From contig OZ249436.1 of the NCBI GenBank assembly GCA_965235115.1, positions 620,001-684,000 on the forward strand: a DNA stretch of 64,000 bases, written 5' to 3'. Below, piece by piece: positions 37,158 through 50,800 of this stretch (position 1 is its first letter; each line of letters begins with the position of its first letter). The position numbers and the translations under genes were made by a program. The notes below the pieces were generated by a model. It did not search any database, was not told where the DNA came from, and saw nothing but the letters and a program-made list of their open reading frames with translations. This DNA is from Laetmonice hystrix (lineage: Eukaryota).

Positions 37158-39587
37158 CAACGACTCTGCTAAAAACAAGTTATACCTCTGGTCTCTTCTG
37201 TTTACCCCTGACCGAGAAACGTGCTTGGATTTAAAGACGAATTCAAAGGGTGTTATTTAATTATGCCATCATGTACAGCCCTACGTATGTAACTGTCGGT
37301 ACATGTGTACATGCCGAGTACACTAGTAGTTCGTATCGACACCGCTGGATGATACATCTCGGACAGTGACCTTTTTTATAGCTTGGGTGGCCTCTGCCCC
37401 CCCCCCCCCCCCCATCTCTTGCACCTAGATTGGTGATTTTGTCATAAATGTATTGACAGAAACAATCCTCTTGTTCTCTACTTGGCCGATGCCACCAAGA
37501 AAAATTGTTTTCCCGAATTCAACGTAGGCCTAACATCGCAGCGTTTGGAGAGATTTCTGTTTGAATCCCATGGCGTTTTAAGCGATAATTGTAGGCTACT
37601 CTGTCTTTTTCAAGACGAGTGTGTCTGTTACAGTTACAGTATAGGCTACCTGTTGGTGGACCAACAAGCAGCCACAGTGCCAGCCATGTATACCTGCTAG
37701 TGGACCTTTCATTCTCCTGGTGCCCGGCCTACCGACCACGCCGTGTCGTCACATATTTGACGATACTCGTGCATGGATCCGACATTATCTTATACCCATG
37801 GCTGAACGCTCTTATTGGAGGCACAGGTTTGTCTGGGACACGCCTTGGGGCATCTCCCCCGACAGGGCCCCTCCTTACTGGGACATAGAGCACGCCTTGG
37901 GGCGTCTCTCCCGACAGGGCCCCTCCTTACTGGGACATAGATCTAGAGCACGCCTTGGAGCATCTCTCCCCACAGGGCCCCTTCTTACTGGGAATTACCA
38001 AACTGTACCAATCACCCCGCTAGATGACACCAGTCAGACACTGGCATGTATAAATCCTATATAAGGTCTATACATAATGGCGATCGCAATCGGGAACAGT
38101 TCACTGCTCCGCCTTATCTACGCCTCATCATCCGGGTCCCTGGCTATGCGAAACAGCGTTAACAAAGAACGGAACGCGCCACCTGGCGAGCTGCCGCGGC
38201 ACCTGGGGGCCTCCCGGAACCAATCAGAGCTCTGATTTTTCGTATCCGGTGAAACAATGGCTGCTCTTGGCACGCCCGACACGGGGACGCAGCTGTGGAT
38301 GCCAGAGACTCAGCCACGATGGCTCCAGGGCGGCCTCAGCCACTGGGTTTAACAAGGGATCGATATTGTCGTAATTTAACCTATCTGTCCAAACTGCAAC
38401 CAGTTTGACGTTAGCCAGGCGTGTTGGAATTCACCAAACCCCCGCCGGCTTCAAGTTTGCGAACTTAGCCAGATGAACATCGACCAGGGCTCAGTGATCG
38501 TTTATAATACACAATACAACATTGAGCGAAGATAAGCCTCCTTCATTATATAATGGCTTCAGGTGGCAATACTACGGCCCACTATAGGCAGACCGAGTGT
38601 GGGGATAGCTTACACTGGTTAAAGGACAAAGATGGTGTGATAATACCAGCTTCTCATTACACGCTGTTGTTCAGCAAGACTTTTATTATATGCGGGTTAT
38701 ATCTGCCAGTGTCATTCAGGGGGTGCCATACCGTATGGAACGCGTGTTCCATACGGAATGATTTGATTGTACACGTTACGGGGTGATGCGACGTTAACTA
38801 CGTCCTATAGAAACACCGGAACATGTATTATAAATTACGATCGGCTGTTCCAACAGCAGGCCCCACCCCCTCAGTTTGCTACCACTTTGTGAACACCGTA
38901 TTTCCAAAGACAATTGCAAAACTCTCATTTGTCAAGTTTCAGAAAAACAATAACATTGTCAAAGCAAAGAAAAACAGAAGAAATCTTTGCTACATCAGCA
39001 ATACGTGTGCACTTGTTTCGAGCCTGAACCATTTATAATTCGTTCCATGTGCCGTGTACTAAGCCGGACCCCCCCCCCCCCCCCCAAAAAAAAAAAAGGT
39101 TCCTGGCATGCAATCGGTCTAATTAAAGATGATCACCATTTCATTGAGAGAAATCCCTTGCCGTTTCCCCTGGTGAAAACAATGTCACCAAAAAGTGAAA
39201 TGTCTCTCTGAATACAAAGCTTAATGTATAAATGTGTTGATCGATGGAGAAAGAGACCTACTGTGAGAATATTGACAGTACACAAAGTTAAGCGGGAGGC
39301 CTCGACCAGTCCAGAGAAGGAAGTAATCGGGCCAGCCCCGACAGCTAGCCAGATCGATACCGCAGGAGGCCAAACCACAATTAAATTGGCGTGCAAAATT
39401 GAAGTCGTCTGATTTGGAGGTTGTGTAGGTCGAATTCTTTGTCAGCAACACGAATGAGGGTGTGCTTTGATGAATCTGACCTTACTGGGGACGCAGACCG
39501 TGGGAATAAACCCCCCTCCCCTCCGACCTCACGGCGACATCTAGATAACGTTCACATACGTCACGTGATCGTTCAGCTGGACTTGGC

Positions 39588-39781
39588 CGGGACAGCAACT
39601 TGGTGGGGACAGCAACCTGGTGAGGACAGCAACTACAGCAGCTTGGTGAGGACAGCAACTTGGTGGGGACAGCAACTTGGTGAGGACAGCAACTTGGTGG
39701 GGACAGCAACTTGGTGAGGACAGCAACTTGGTGAGGACAGCAACTTGGTGGGGACAGCAACTTGGTGGGGACAGCAACTTG
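39588..39781. repeat. Short GGACAGCAACTTGGTG minisatellite
   Basis: Tandem periodicity. Confidence 0.9.
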
Positions 39782-39842
39782 CTGGGGGAAATGAGAAGAC
39801 GTTAGAATTATTCGTTTTATTTAACGGCATCAAATAGGCCGC

Positions 39843-40198
39843 TGTACAGATGCGGGGAGTGAACAAAGGCCGCCTCTCCTGTACAGATGCGGGGAGTGAA
39901 CAAAGGCCACCTCTCCTGTACAGATGCGGGGAGTGAACAAAGGCCGCCTCTCCTGTACAGATGCGGGGAGTGAACAAAGGCCACCTCTCCTGTACAGATG
40001 CGAGAAGTGAACAAAGGCCGCCTCTCCTGTACAGATGCGGGGAGTGAACAAAGGCCACCTCTCCTGTACAGATGCGGGGAGAGAACAAAGGCCGCCACTC
40101 CTGTACGGAGCGGGGAGTGAACAAAGGCCACCTCTCCTGTACAGATGCGGGGAGAGAACAAAGGCCGCCTCTCCTGTACAGATGCGAGAAGTGAACAA
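39843..40198. repeat. 37-bp minisatellite
   Basis: CTGTACAGATGCGGGGAGTGAACAAAGGCCGCCTCTC repeated. Confidence 0.95.
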
Positions 40199-41324
40199 AA
40201 AAAAGGCCTGTTAAGGAACGACAATACACGTTTAACCGCGTGATGTGCTGTCAAGCCTGGGAGGTGTCCGAGGAGGGTATGGTCCATAATATTGATGTCT
40301 TGTTGGTGTTAGGCTAGCCACCGTCAATTAACCTTGTGTGTCGGCGGGGGATATGTAAACCCTGGCCCTACACCCTTCTACCCCCAACACCCCCGGGGGG
40401 GTGTCATGGGGTGAGCTGTGGGCTGGGCTGACTCGACAACTTGGTCATTCCGCGCAGCTGTGCCGCGCAGCTTCCAGGTCGGGCTATTTGGAGCGTATTC
40501 CATCATGGCCAGATCGTAACAAACGATGTTATATTACACCCAGAGTGTTTTGTGAGTACATTTCCACATATAGTGTGGTACTCCTTTATACGTACGATCT
40601 AATAAAATTCTCGCTTGTTAGTGGAATTATTAGATTTGACGGTTCACCGTTTGGCGACAGGGCTTCTCGGAATGTCGTCGATCCAGTCAAAGAGTTGAAT
40701 GGCAGTCACGTGATTGGACACGACCGAGGCCCAGCTAAGTAATTAGGACGGAGCCCCGAACGCGACGTCCATGAAAGATGAATTGGGTTTCGGGGACACC
40801 CTCAAGGCGGCTTCCTGGCACGACAATCATGCTTTCCTTTCTCCATTTTTTTGTATGGTCACCATGGCAAACATCTCGGTTGCCATGAGCGACAGGGCTG
40901 AAGACTGTTTGATTGTACGTGGCCGCACTATGTCCACCCGCTGTGTTAGAATAGGAAGATGTAAGCTCAAAGTGACATTTCATTAGAAGTGGTTGTCTCC
41001 AGACAAACATAGCCCCGCCTCCCCATGGGTGCTCACCCCGGGACAAGGAGACCTCATGACCTTGATGTCAGGACAAGTGACCTTCAGACTAAGTACAGGA
41101 GGTCAACGTCCATTGCCTATTACTGTCTATACCATCCACCTGGGGATGTCATGAGTGAGTCGATTATACCTGAGGACCAATTAGTTCGCAACACATGCTC
41201 AACATATATTTACGATCTAACTTTGCCGTTTGTGTCCTCCCGGCACGCTGTGTAAGAAATCATACAGAAGGTCTACCTGTACATACATGTAGTGGCTTGC
41301 GTGGTATAAAACAGCAAGGCTGGG

Positions 41325-41731
41325 GCAAGGTGGAGGGGAAACCCTGAATGTTTGTGGTGTAACATGGGGAAGGTGCAGGGGGGAGGGAAACCCTGAATGT
41401 TTGTGGTGTAACATGGGGAAGGTGCAGGGGGGAGGGGAAACCCTGAATGTTTGTGGTGTAACATGGGGAAGGTGCAGGGGGGAGGGAAACCCTGAATGTT
41501 TGTGGTGTAACATGGGGAAGGTGCAGGGGGGAGGGAAACCCTGAATGTTTGTGGTGTAACATGGGGAAGGTGCAGGGGGGAGGGAAACCCTGAATGTTTG
41601 TGGTGTAACATGGGGAAGGTGCAGGGGGGAGGGAAACCCTGAATGTTTGTGGTGTAACATGGGGAAGGTGCAGGGGGGAGGGAAACCCTGAATGTTTGTG
41701 GTGTAACATGGGGAAGATGCAGGGGGGAGGG
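41325..41731. repeat. 49-bp G-rich minisatellite, about 8 copies
   Basis: GGGGAAGGTGCAGGGGGGAGGGAAACCCTGAATGTTTGTGGTGTAACAT repeated. Confidence 0.95.
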
Positions 41732-43317
41732 GTCCCCTTAATACTAGAATGATAGCATATCTTTTTGTACAAGCATGTGTACGTATTTGAGGTATTATCA
41801 TTACAGGTACCCCACCCCGTACCCATCCGTTATAAGATCTCAATGGATGTGCACCGATCACAGACGTATACAAAATCACAGGCCTGGAACAGTTATCACG
41901 GATTACTCTGCTATCATATCATATTTATCTCATGGACCATAATTATCGATACTTACATTAGAGGATATTCCCGACTATTGGAGAATATAAATTCCTTGGT
42001 ACCTCAGACTGAAGCGAACACTTATATCACATGTACAAAAGCCAGGTCCAATGACCAGATCGTGAGGTATGGGACTGTTTTTAATCCATCAATATTGTAA
42101 AGATAGCTGCAAGAATTATTGTTGTCTGTGCATACCATCTATAATTAAATATCATTAATTGACAGAATATAATAAAAATCTCTCAAGTGTCTCACGTGGA
42201 AAGGTGTTCCACATCTGAAATCACAAACTCAAAGACGTGTCACAAGCTGGTATATTTAATCGTTATATATACAAGGTCGATCATGTTTTAACCCGACACA
42301 GTATCTCACCACGGCCATCAACTGTATACTTTCACAAACATTCCCTCCTCCAGTTCTCATCTTAGGAAACTTGACGTGTGTAGTTCACTGTTATAGGCTA
42401 CAGTTCCGTATGACAACCTCCAACTAATATTTTGTTAAAACAAACTTGACAAAATTTATGGTCAAGTTGTTTCCTGTCCTTATTGCTGGCAGTATTCCCC
42501 TTCAAACCTATAAACGTCAAATAAATGTTTTTTTTCTAACGTATCTAGCCCCAAAGGAAGAGACCTCGGTATTGCGTGACTTCAGTCTATCGGTAGCAAT
42601 ACTCGAACGTTAAAATGTGATTGTGATGTTCAGCGAATGTGTTCATGCTTACATTGTGGACATTGTAAAATGTGATTGCGATGTTCAGCGAATGTGTTCA
42701 TGCTTACATTGTGGACATTGCTGAGAATCATTTATTGACAAACGCTTTGATGTCTGAAACAGTTATCACTTTTTATCTTCTTTCAAAGTTCTACCAAATT
42801 CTGAAGTTATACCCGCCAAGATTCCCCAATCTCCCATGTCACATTAAACAATTCAAACTACAAGATTATTGTGCCAATATAGAATGGGTGAGTCATTGGT
42901 CAATAGACAATAGTTAACCCTTTGTTCTACACTGTCCACCCATCCTCAACTGGCACAAGTTGAAGTTAGAGATGCCATCGTAGGTTTTCCACAAGTATTA
43001 ACTGTCTATAAGCTGACCAATCTTCACGATGACATACACTGTACCGACTAACCCCGCCTGCACTTTAACTCATGTCAGCAAACTTTTCAAACATCATTCT
43101 TTCATCCATGAACACATACACCTAAACACTGTTAACCGTGCACGACTAAAAAGGAGTCAAGTTTGGACACCCTGGATACCATACGTGTCCACAGACACTG
43201 TGGTGTCAAGTTTGGACACCCTGGATACCATACGTGTCCACGGACACTGTGGTGTCAAATCCTCTGGAGCGACACCTGGTGTAAACAAGTGCTGCCACCT
43301 GCTGGATTCTATCGTCC

Positions 43318-46300
43318 TCACGAAGGTGTCGGGGCGGCCAGACTGGCCGGGTTACTGAGGAAGGCCAGGTGACCTTTGGGACACTTGTTGGCATAGTGAC
43401 CCTTCTCACCACACTGGAACAGGAAACAACACATTAATCATTTAGTCTGTCACAGAAACTGCCGCGGTTTCTCACCACACAGGAACAGGAAACAACACAT
43501 TAATCATTTAGTCTGTCACAGAAACTGTCTGGGTTTCTCACCACACTGGAACAGGAAACAACACATTAATCACTTAGTCTGTCACAGAATGTGTGTCTCG
43601 GTTTCTCACCACACTGGAACAGGAAACAACACATTAATCATTTAGTCTGTCACAGAAACTGTCTCCGTTCTTAACCTGTATTTACACTGTTACATTCAAA
43701 GGCAGAACAAGGTTGGGACTGAGGACTTACCTTGAAACATGTCACTTCATGTAAAGGTCGCCTGTTAGAATCAGGCTGGAAGGTGCCGCGGTGATCAGAC
43801 ATTGGATGACCTCGAGGGTTAGGACCGAACCCATGGTGACCATGCGTGGAATCTGCTGAGCCAAGAGAACCAATCTGTAAATACAAACACAATCATATTT
43901 TATATCATCACACACTAACAACAGCTCCACTTGGTGTCTTCATTGGTCAAACTTAACAACAAACATGACCATATTTTATATCATCACACACTAACAACAG
44001 CTCCACTTGGTGTCTTCATTGGTCAAACTTAACAACAAACATGACCATATTTTATATCATCACACACTAACAACAGCTCCAGTTGGTGTCTTCATTGGTC
44101 AAACTTAACAACAAACACGATCATATTTTATATCATCACACACTAACAACAGCTCCAGTTGGTGTCTTCATTGGTCAAACTTAACAACAAACATGACCAT
44201 ATTTTATATCATCACACACTAACAACAGCTCCAGTTGGTGTCTTCATTGGTCAAACTTAACAACAAACATGATCATATTTTATATCATCACACACTAACA
44301 ACAGCTCCAGTTGGTGTCTTCATTGGTCAAACTTAACAACAAACATGACCATATTTTATATCATCACACACTAACAACAGCTCCAGTGTGTGTCTTCATT
44401 GGTCAAACTTAACAACAAACATTTAATTAATTTAGGTGACCCATTGGAAGTTGTTGAGGTTGTATCCCCTATTGTTTGAGGTATACTAGTATCCTCTCTC
44501 CGACCCATCACAAGGGTCTATGTCCATGTCCCCACGTAACCAACACTAGCTTCCCGTAACTGACCTTTTGACCTCCAATCTGGTCCAGTTTAGTGCCAGG
44601 TGGAAGTCTTGGACAGCTAGCGGCTTTGTGACCTTGTTCATTACAATAATGACACTGGATGTTGGCTTTCCTTGCCTGTGCCACAGGGTCAGGGGCCGGA
44701 AGGTCAAACTTGGGACTGCAACAGGCAAAAACATTATTTCTCATACAAAGTTATGTGATATGTACGTGTTACCCCATATCTGAAAACCTTCATTTACAAA
44801 TTACACACAAACTGGGCGGTACAGGCACAAGGTTAATCACAAAGTCTAAAAGATGGTTTCCAAATTATATTCTTCTATTTATAATATATTATGCATATAC
44901 AACAACAACTTATGGAATTAAATCATTAATAAAACATCTGATCAAACAAACCCTCAATAAACTCATACTCACTGAACAAATTTGCACTGAGGGCCCTTTG
45001 TACAAAGACCACAGAGATAGTTCTGGCAAAGTACACGACGCACATGACGGTTCTTACAATTGGGACCTAAACAGAAGAGCAACATTAGAACTGGTGTCTT
45101 TCATGGGGCTGGGACGATACATTCTGTTCACGATATGATATATATCTCAATACTTAATCCACGATATGATACGATGTCATATGATGTGATACCAGTAATT
45201 AAGCAATGAGCAATGGTGCAAGACATAGAGAACATAGCCACAATGTGAGTACGACACCACGGGCACAGCCAACCTCTGGATCCTAGCATCTGTTAATATC
45301 CATGACTTACCATGCCGACAAAATCCTCGATCATACCATGGACAGTCTTTAATTTTCTTCTCTGGATCAATGTGTAGGAATGGGCACTCCTTGTTACTAC
45401 ACTGACCTAAAAATCATCAAGCAATCCATCAAACAAGTCAACAACTTTACTGTCATTAACACTTTCTGTGCCACTTCAAGTGCACAGACTAGTCTTATAT
45501 CGCTGACCTTTACAAAGCAAACTGCACTTCTGAAAATTAACTTAATTAAGTCATTTTTTAAATCATCTTTAGGACACTTTAACATTACACTTACCAAATT
45601 TTGAGTAGAAGTAACACTCCGGCATCTTGCTCATGTCATACTCATGAAGAAACTCGCAGTCGTCACCTTTCTTACACAGGCCACGTAACCAATGTTTACA
45701 AACAATTGTACGGTCTCCCTTTACATGGCGGAATGGACATGCTGCACCCTTGGAACACATGCCACTTAGGTAAAACGTGCAAATGGCTGATCCAGACTCT
45801 GGAAATACACAGAGATATATGTGAAGTGCCCTCACCAGATGTTTATCAAGGGGAGCACTTTCATTTTCTTACCAAAACTGGCAAAACATGGTAAACATGG
45901 TATTTTGTCTGTATGTTTGTCTGATTGTGGTAATGTTCACACCTGTGTGTGTGTTGGTGTATGTATATGTAAAATAAAATTCCAATATGTATAAAATATA
46001 ACCTATTTATAAAAGCACAATTGTTTTAGAACCTATGCAAAAACAGACGACATCACAACAAGTTATTTTTAAACTTACTGGTGTCAAAAGCTCAGTAGAA
46101 GGTAAATCCTGAATGATCAAGTTGTCTTACTCTATGTGTACCTGTATGTATTATGTATTAAAATTATCTATCTAAATTTCTTAATGTAAGAATATCAAAT
46201 TGCAAAAGTAGCTATGTACAATTGTCAGGGGATTATATTTACATGATGGTCGTCTATGTAGCCGGGGGGGGGGGGGGCTATATACACAACCGTCATGTAG

Positions 46301-47368
46301 CCTATACAGTGTTCTCCACACATACAAAGTACACAGGCAGCCCGCCGGTGTACTTTTGTCTCCCGCCGGTGTACTGAGCACCCAAAGTGACTGCCGGTGT
46401 CAATTTTCACAGAGCATTCATGCCTCAGATGTGGATCTGTTGGGACCCACAAAATTGTGAAAGTGAAAAGTACAATTTTAAAACAGTAACACAGTCAAAT
46501 TGTTCATTTAAAGTGTCCTTAGATTGAATGTTTTACTCCCCCCCCCCTCAAAAAAAAAGAAACATGGGGTCCAGGCTGCCCCTGGACCCCCACAGACCCC
46601 CGGCTCACCGCCGGTGTGACATTTCATCTTGTGGAGAACACTTCTATATATCCATTGGGTTAGAGTTAAGGTTAGGCCTAGGGTAAGCGTTATACCTGAC
46701 TGTCATGTAGATATACATGACATGACAAAGGCTATACATGACTGTCTTGTATAAAATAGCCTTTGTCATCGAATAGCAATGCCTATGCCATGGCAACCTG
46801 TTATGTAATCTCTAGACAGTCTGGTATTTTAGTGCGCAGCATGCACCACCAAAGGCGGTGGCACGAAGCACCGTTATGGCATCACGTTTGCGGCGTTAGA
46901 AAAAGCAGAGTGAATGTGACGTCAAAATCCTACGGCCCGAAGCCATGCAACTTTAACCAGAAGGTACAAATCGGTGCCATTTTGTCATTGCGGCGGGGTT
47001 AATATTTTCTACAATGTGATTGGTCGAAAAAATGTCACATAATTAAAAACTCGCAAGCTAGGGAAATTGTTGCTCTAACGCAATGTCTAGGTCAAACTTG
47101 ACATTGTTGACCCAACGTACTGCTTACTGTATACAGTCTGCTACAGTTCTTTGTAGCAGTCCTTTTATTTTGTAAGTATAAACAACGGGAAGAGGCAAGG
47201 CTCATTGTTAATGTTGACTGTCCAATCCAACTGAATCAACAATACGTGAATAACCCGGTACTCACTGTCCATGCCGGGAAATGGCAATGGTTGTGCCCCT
47301 AATTGTTGCTCTAACGCAATTTCTAGGTCAAACTTGACATTGTTGACGTTTGATACAACGTCTTGCAT
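43318..47368 (-). CDS. CPSF4: Cleavage and polyadenylation specificity factor subunit 4 (CPSF30/Clipper), 7 coding exons, 295 aa
   Basis: Exons 47368-47266, 45798-45595, 45406-45311, 45066-44973, 44715-44565, 43874-43731 and 43413-43318. All introns are GT-AG, phases are consistent, and the total is 888 nt. Recognisable CPSF30 sequence: KFDLEIALEQQLGAQPLPFPGMDKSG, VCKHWLRGLCKKGDDCEFLHEYDMSKMPECYFYSKFG, DCPWYDRGFC, VTCFKCGEKGHYANKCPKGHLAFLS. Confidence 0.97.
43404..43661. repeat. About 66-bp tandem repeat (4 copies) containing the CPSF4 last-exon splice acceptor
   Basis: TCTCACCACACTGGAACAGGAAACAACACATTAATCATTTAGTCTGTCACAGAA at about 43404, 43470, 43536 and 43604. Confidence 0.9.
43884..44421. 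repeat. 76-bp intronic minisatellite, 7 copies, abutting the CPSF4 exon-6 acceptor
   Basis: Period 76 (43884, 43960, ...). Confidence 0.95.
46307..46643. mobile_element. MITE with CAG-type TIR and 5-bp TSD, in CPSF4 intron 1
   Basis: CAGTGTTCTCCACA / TGTGGAGAACACT(T), with CTATA on both sides (46302-46306 and 46644-46648). Confidence 0.75.
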
Positions 47369-47897
47369 CTTGCTTATTCTATACAGTCAAACTATATGGA
47401 GAACTTATAAGAAAAATTATTTCAATAGCCGCCTGTCGCGATCCTCAAGTTTTCTCAAAGCGCCGCACGCTATACCGGATATGGTGGTTCAGCTGTACTA
47501 GGATAATTAACCAACAAAATATTCTAACATTTCGGTTCCGATCGCTCGTCGTTTGCAATAATGGCACAAAGAAAGAACAGTAATGAGGCATAAACAACAT
47601 TTATTTCTTTTGGAATGGTGGAGATGGTAAAGTAAATGTACTTCACGTCTCAAGAAAATTGAGAAAATAAAATGAAAGACTTTTAAAGGTCTCTATCGGC
47701 GGCGACTGTTCTGCCATCTACCGGAGAAACACACATCTTGTCAGCCCCTCCGCTGCCCCGCACAGCGTCGTTTGGAGCGGGAAGTGTGAAGGATGGAGGG
47801 GGCAGAGTGGGGCGAGGGTCCGCCCTCTCCAGTCAAAGTGTCAAAATGAGAACACTCACTTCCTTGTTGTGGGCGTGATGGCTTGTCCGGCAGCACC
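47369..47897. promoter_or_regulatory. Probable bidirectional promoter and 5' UTRs between CPSF4 and the arrestin-domain gene
   Basis: Divergent ATGs only 529 bp apart, in a locally CpG-enriched, repeat-free stretch. Confidence 0.6.
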
Positions 47898-50800
47898 ATG
47901 AGTGAGATATTTCTGAGGACAGACAAAGTGGAATATGAGAGTGGACACACAATTTATGGGTAATCTTTGGAGTAGATCTATCTTAGTAGACTATCTATCG
48001 GGTGGATAAAAAAAAACGCCCCGAACTTTAAACTTCCATGTTTCAAAAAGTATAGATTGTAATTAAATCAAATTTTTCTTACTATCACTTCAAGATGTTG
48101 TCTCTTAGTTGTTAATGTTACAAGTCAATAGCTTGGATAATATTTCCGTAGCGCTAAAAACAGAAATCATTGTACAAAAGCGCAATGCCGGGCTAAAGCG
48201 GGTGGTAGTCGCACCAGAGTCCCTGGCCTCACACTAGAGTAGGTGGTCAATCGTTCCCCCGTTTTCACTTCATACTGCTCTCAGACTCTTTTTACATGCG
48301 CCAATGCACTTCCTGATCTCTGATAGGGAATTATCTTCCTATTATTGGGAAATAAGCAACGTTCTGAACGTGTTGCTAAACGTGATAATGATACGATTTC
48401 CCTTAAACTTCTGGTTACAGTCATATCGTCCTAATGTTGCTGATTCTCTGTAGGGTTTGGCAAATTAAACATCTGGGTTTCTCTAGAAGTACTAGGAATA
48501 GCACATAATTTATTATATCTAGTGGTTCACAACATTATACATGTTGTAAAACAAGCAAAAACTAAATATTGAAAACTTTTTTACCCAAGGTACAATGCAG
48601 TGCATCAAACAGGTGTCAAATTGGACACCTGGCAGCTGCATGATATTTGACCTAATTCCGGCATTGTGTTTTTAGACACTGATTTTTGTTTTTAGCGCGA
48701 TGGGATTAATATCAAAGCTATTGAGCGAAAACTTTAACATACAACAGATAATATTATGAAGTTATATTAAGAGAAATTTTATTGAATTATAATGCAAGAT
48801 TACTGAAATATTAAAGTTTAAAGTTCGGGGCGTTTTTTTTTATCCACCCGATACTATCTAGCCAAGGCCAAGCCAAGGCCATAATAATAGCCAGGCAGGC
48901 CGCTTAGCCATAACTGCATAAGGCATAGTCATAGACAGAGAGTAATAGACTACTACTACACTAGAAGTACTACTACTAGTACTAGGCCTATAATTAGAGG
49001 GGTCTAGACTCTACTTCGTCTAGTGACTAGTGTAGTAAAACTAAACTAAGTCTAAAGTCTATAAACTGTGACTGTCAGTCTATGTGACTCATTATTTGCA
49101 ACCTGTCAGGCTTTTACTACTATACTAGTTATATCCTAGACTAGTATATGTACTAGTAGACCTCTATTAGGCTATTGCCAATATTGGGACTGGCAGTGGT
49201 TATTTTGGTCTCGATCGAAATCGGCCGCCGCTCGAGCGGGCATAGCACGCGGGCAGCTCTTCCGGCGGAGCTGCCCGCAGGACTAAACTATCACTAACCC
49301 TAGGCCTAACCTTAACCTTAACCCTACTAACACTTTAACCCTAGGCCTAACACCTAGGCCCAGCTGATTTCAACCAGGGGCGACCACCTGGTCGAGTATG
49401 GCCACCCGTAACGGTAACTTACACACGGCCAATTTCGATATACACCGTTGGTCTCGATCGAAATCGGCCGCCCGTAATAACCTACGGACGAGCGGGCGTA
49501 GCACGCGGGCAGCTCTGCCGGCAGAGCCGCCCGCGGGACTAAACTACCACTAACCCTAGGCTTAACCTTTAGGGCCAAAACACACTGCGCGTGCACGCAC
49601 ATGCACACGCGTGCCAATAATTCTCAATGCAATTTCAATATGACCACACACACTAGGCGTGCGTGTCACCTAGCATCGCGTGGCGTCCAAACAATCCCCA
49701 CGCAATTGTTTGCACGCCACGCAACCATTTTGAGACTAAATTACCACTAGCATGAGGCATCGGCTAGGGCCTAGCCCTAGCCTAGGCTAGGGCCAGGCCT
49801 ATCCCTATCCCTAATTAGTCAAACTAATTTACTTGTTTACTTATTTTGCCAGAATGCTGGCAAAATAACCATTGCGTTACGGTACCTATTTGTGGTTATT
49901 TTTAATCCTAAAATATTAATATTGGTTTTCAGTGTTGTATATCTGAAAGTGGACACGCCAACTGGTGGACAGGGTATAGAGTGTGGGATCCTAGGCCAGG
50001 AACAGTGTAAGTATAGAGTGTGGGATCGTGGGCCAGGAACAGTGTAAGTATGGAGTGTGGGATCGTGGGCCAGGAACAGTGTAAGTATAGAGTGTGGGAT
50101 CCTGGGCCAGGAACAATGTAAGTATAGAGTGTGGGATCGTGGGCCAGGAACAGTGTAAGTATAGAGTGTGGGATCGTGGGCCAGGAACAGTGTAAGTATA
50201 GAGTGTGGGATCGTGGGCCAGGAACAGTGTAAGTATAGAGTGTGGGATCGTGGGCCAGGAACAGTGTAAGTATAGAGTGCGGGATCCTGGGCCAGGAACA
50301 GTGTAAGTATAGAGTGTGGGATCCTGGGCCAGGAACAGTGTAAGTATAGAGTGTGGGATCCTGGGCCAGGAACAGTGTAAGTATAGAGTGTGGGATCCTG
50401 GGCCAGGAACAGTGTAAGTATAGAGTGTGGGATCCTGGGCCAGGAACAGTGTAAGCATAGAGTGTGGGATCGTGGGCCAGGAACAGTGTAAGTATAGAGT
50501 GTGGGACCCTGGGCCAGGAACAGTGTAAGTATAGAGTGTGGGACCCTGGGCCAGGAACAGTGTAAGTATAGAGTGTGGGATCCTGGGCCAGGAACAGTGT
50601 AAGTATAGAGTGTGGGATCCTGGGCCAGGAACAGTGTAAGTATAGAGTGTGGGATCCTGGGCCAGGAAGAGTGTAAGTATAGAGTGTGGGATCCTGGGCC
50701 AGGAACAGTGTAAGTATAGAGTGCGGGATCCTGGGCCAGGAACAGTGTAAGTATAGAGTGTGGGATCCTGGGCCAGGAACAGTGTAAGTATAGAGTGTGG

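Noticed and set aside
49300..49345. Telomeric (CCCTAA)n tract
   Set aside because: Only a few degenerate CTAACC units inside a TE-like element (similar at 7930-7953), not a telomere array.
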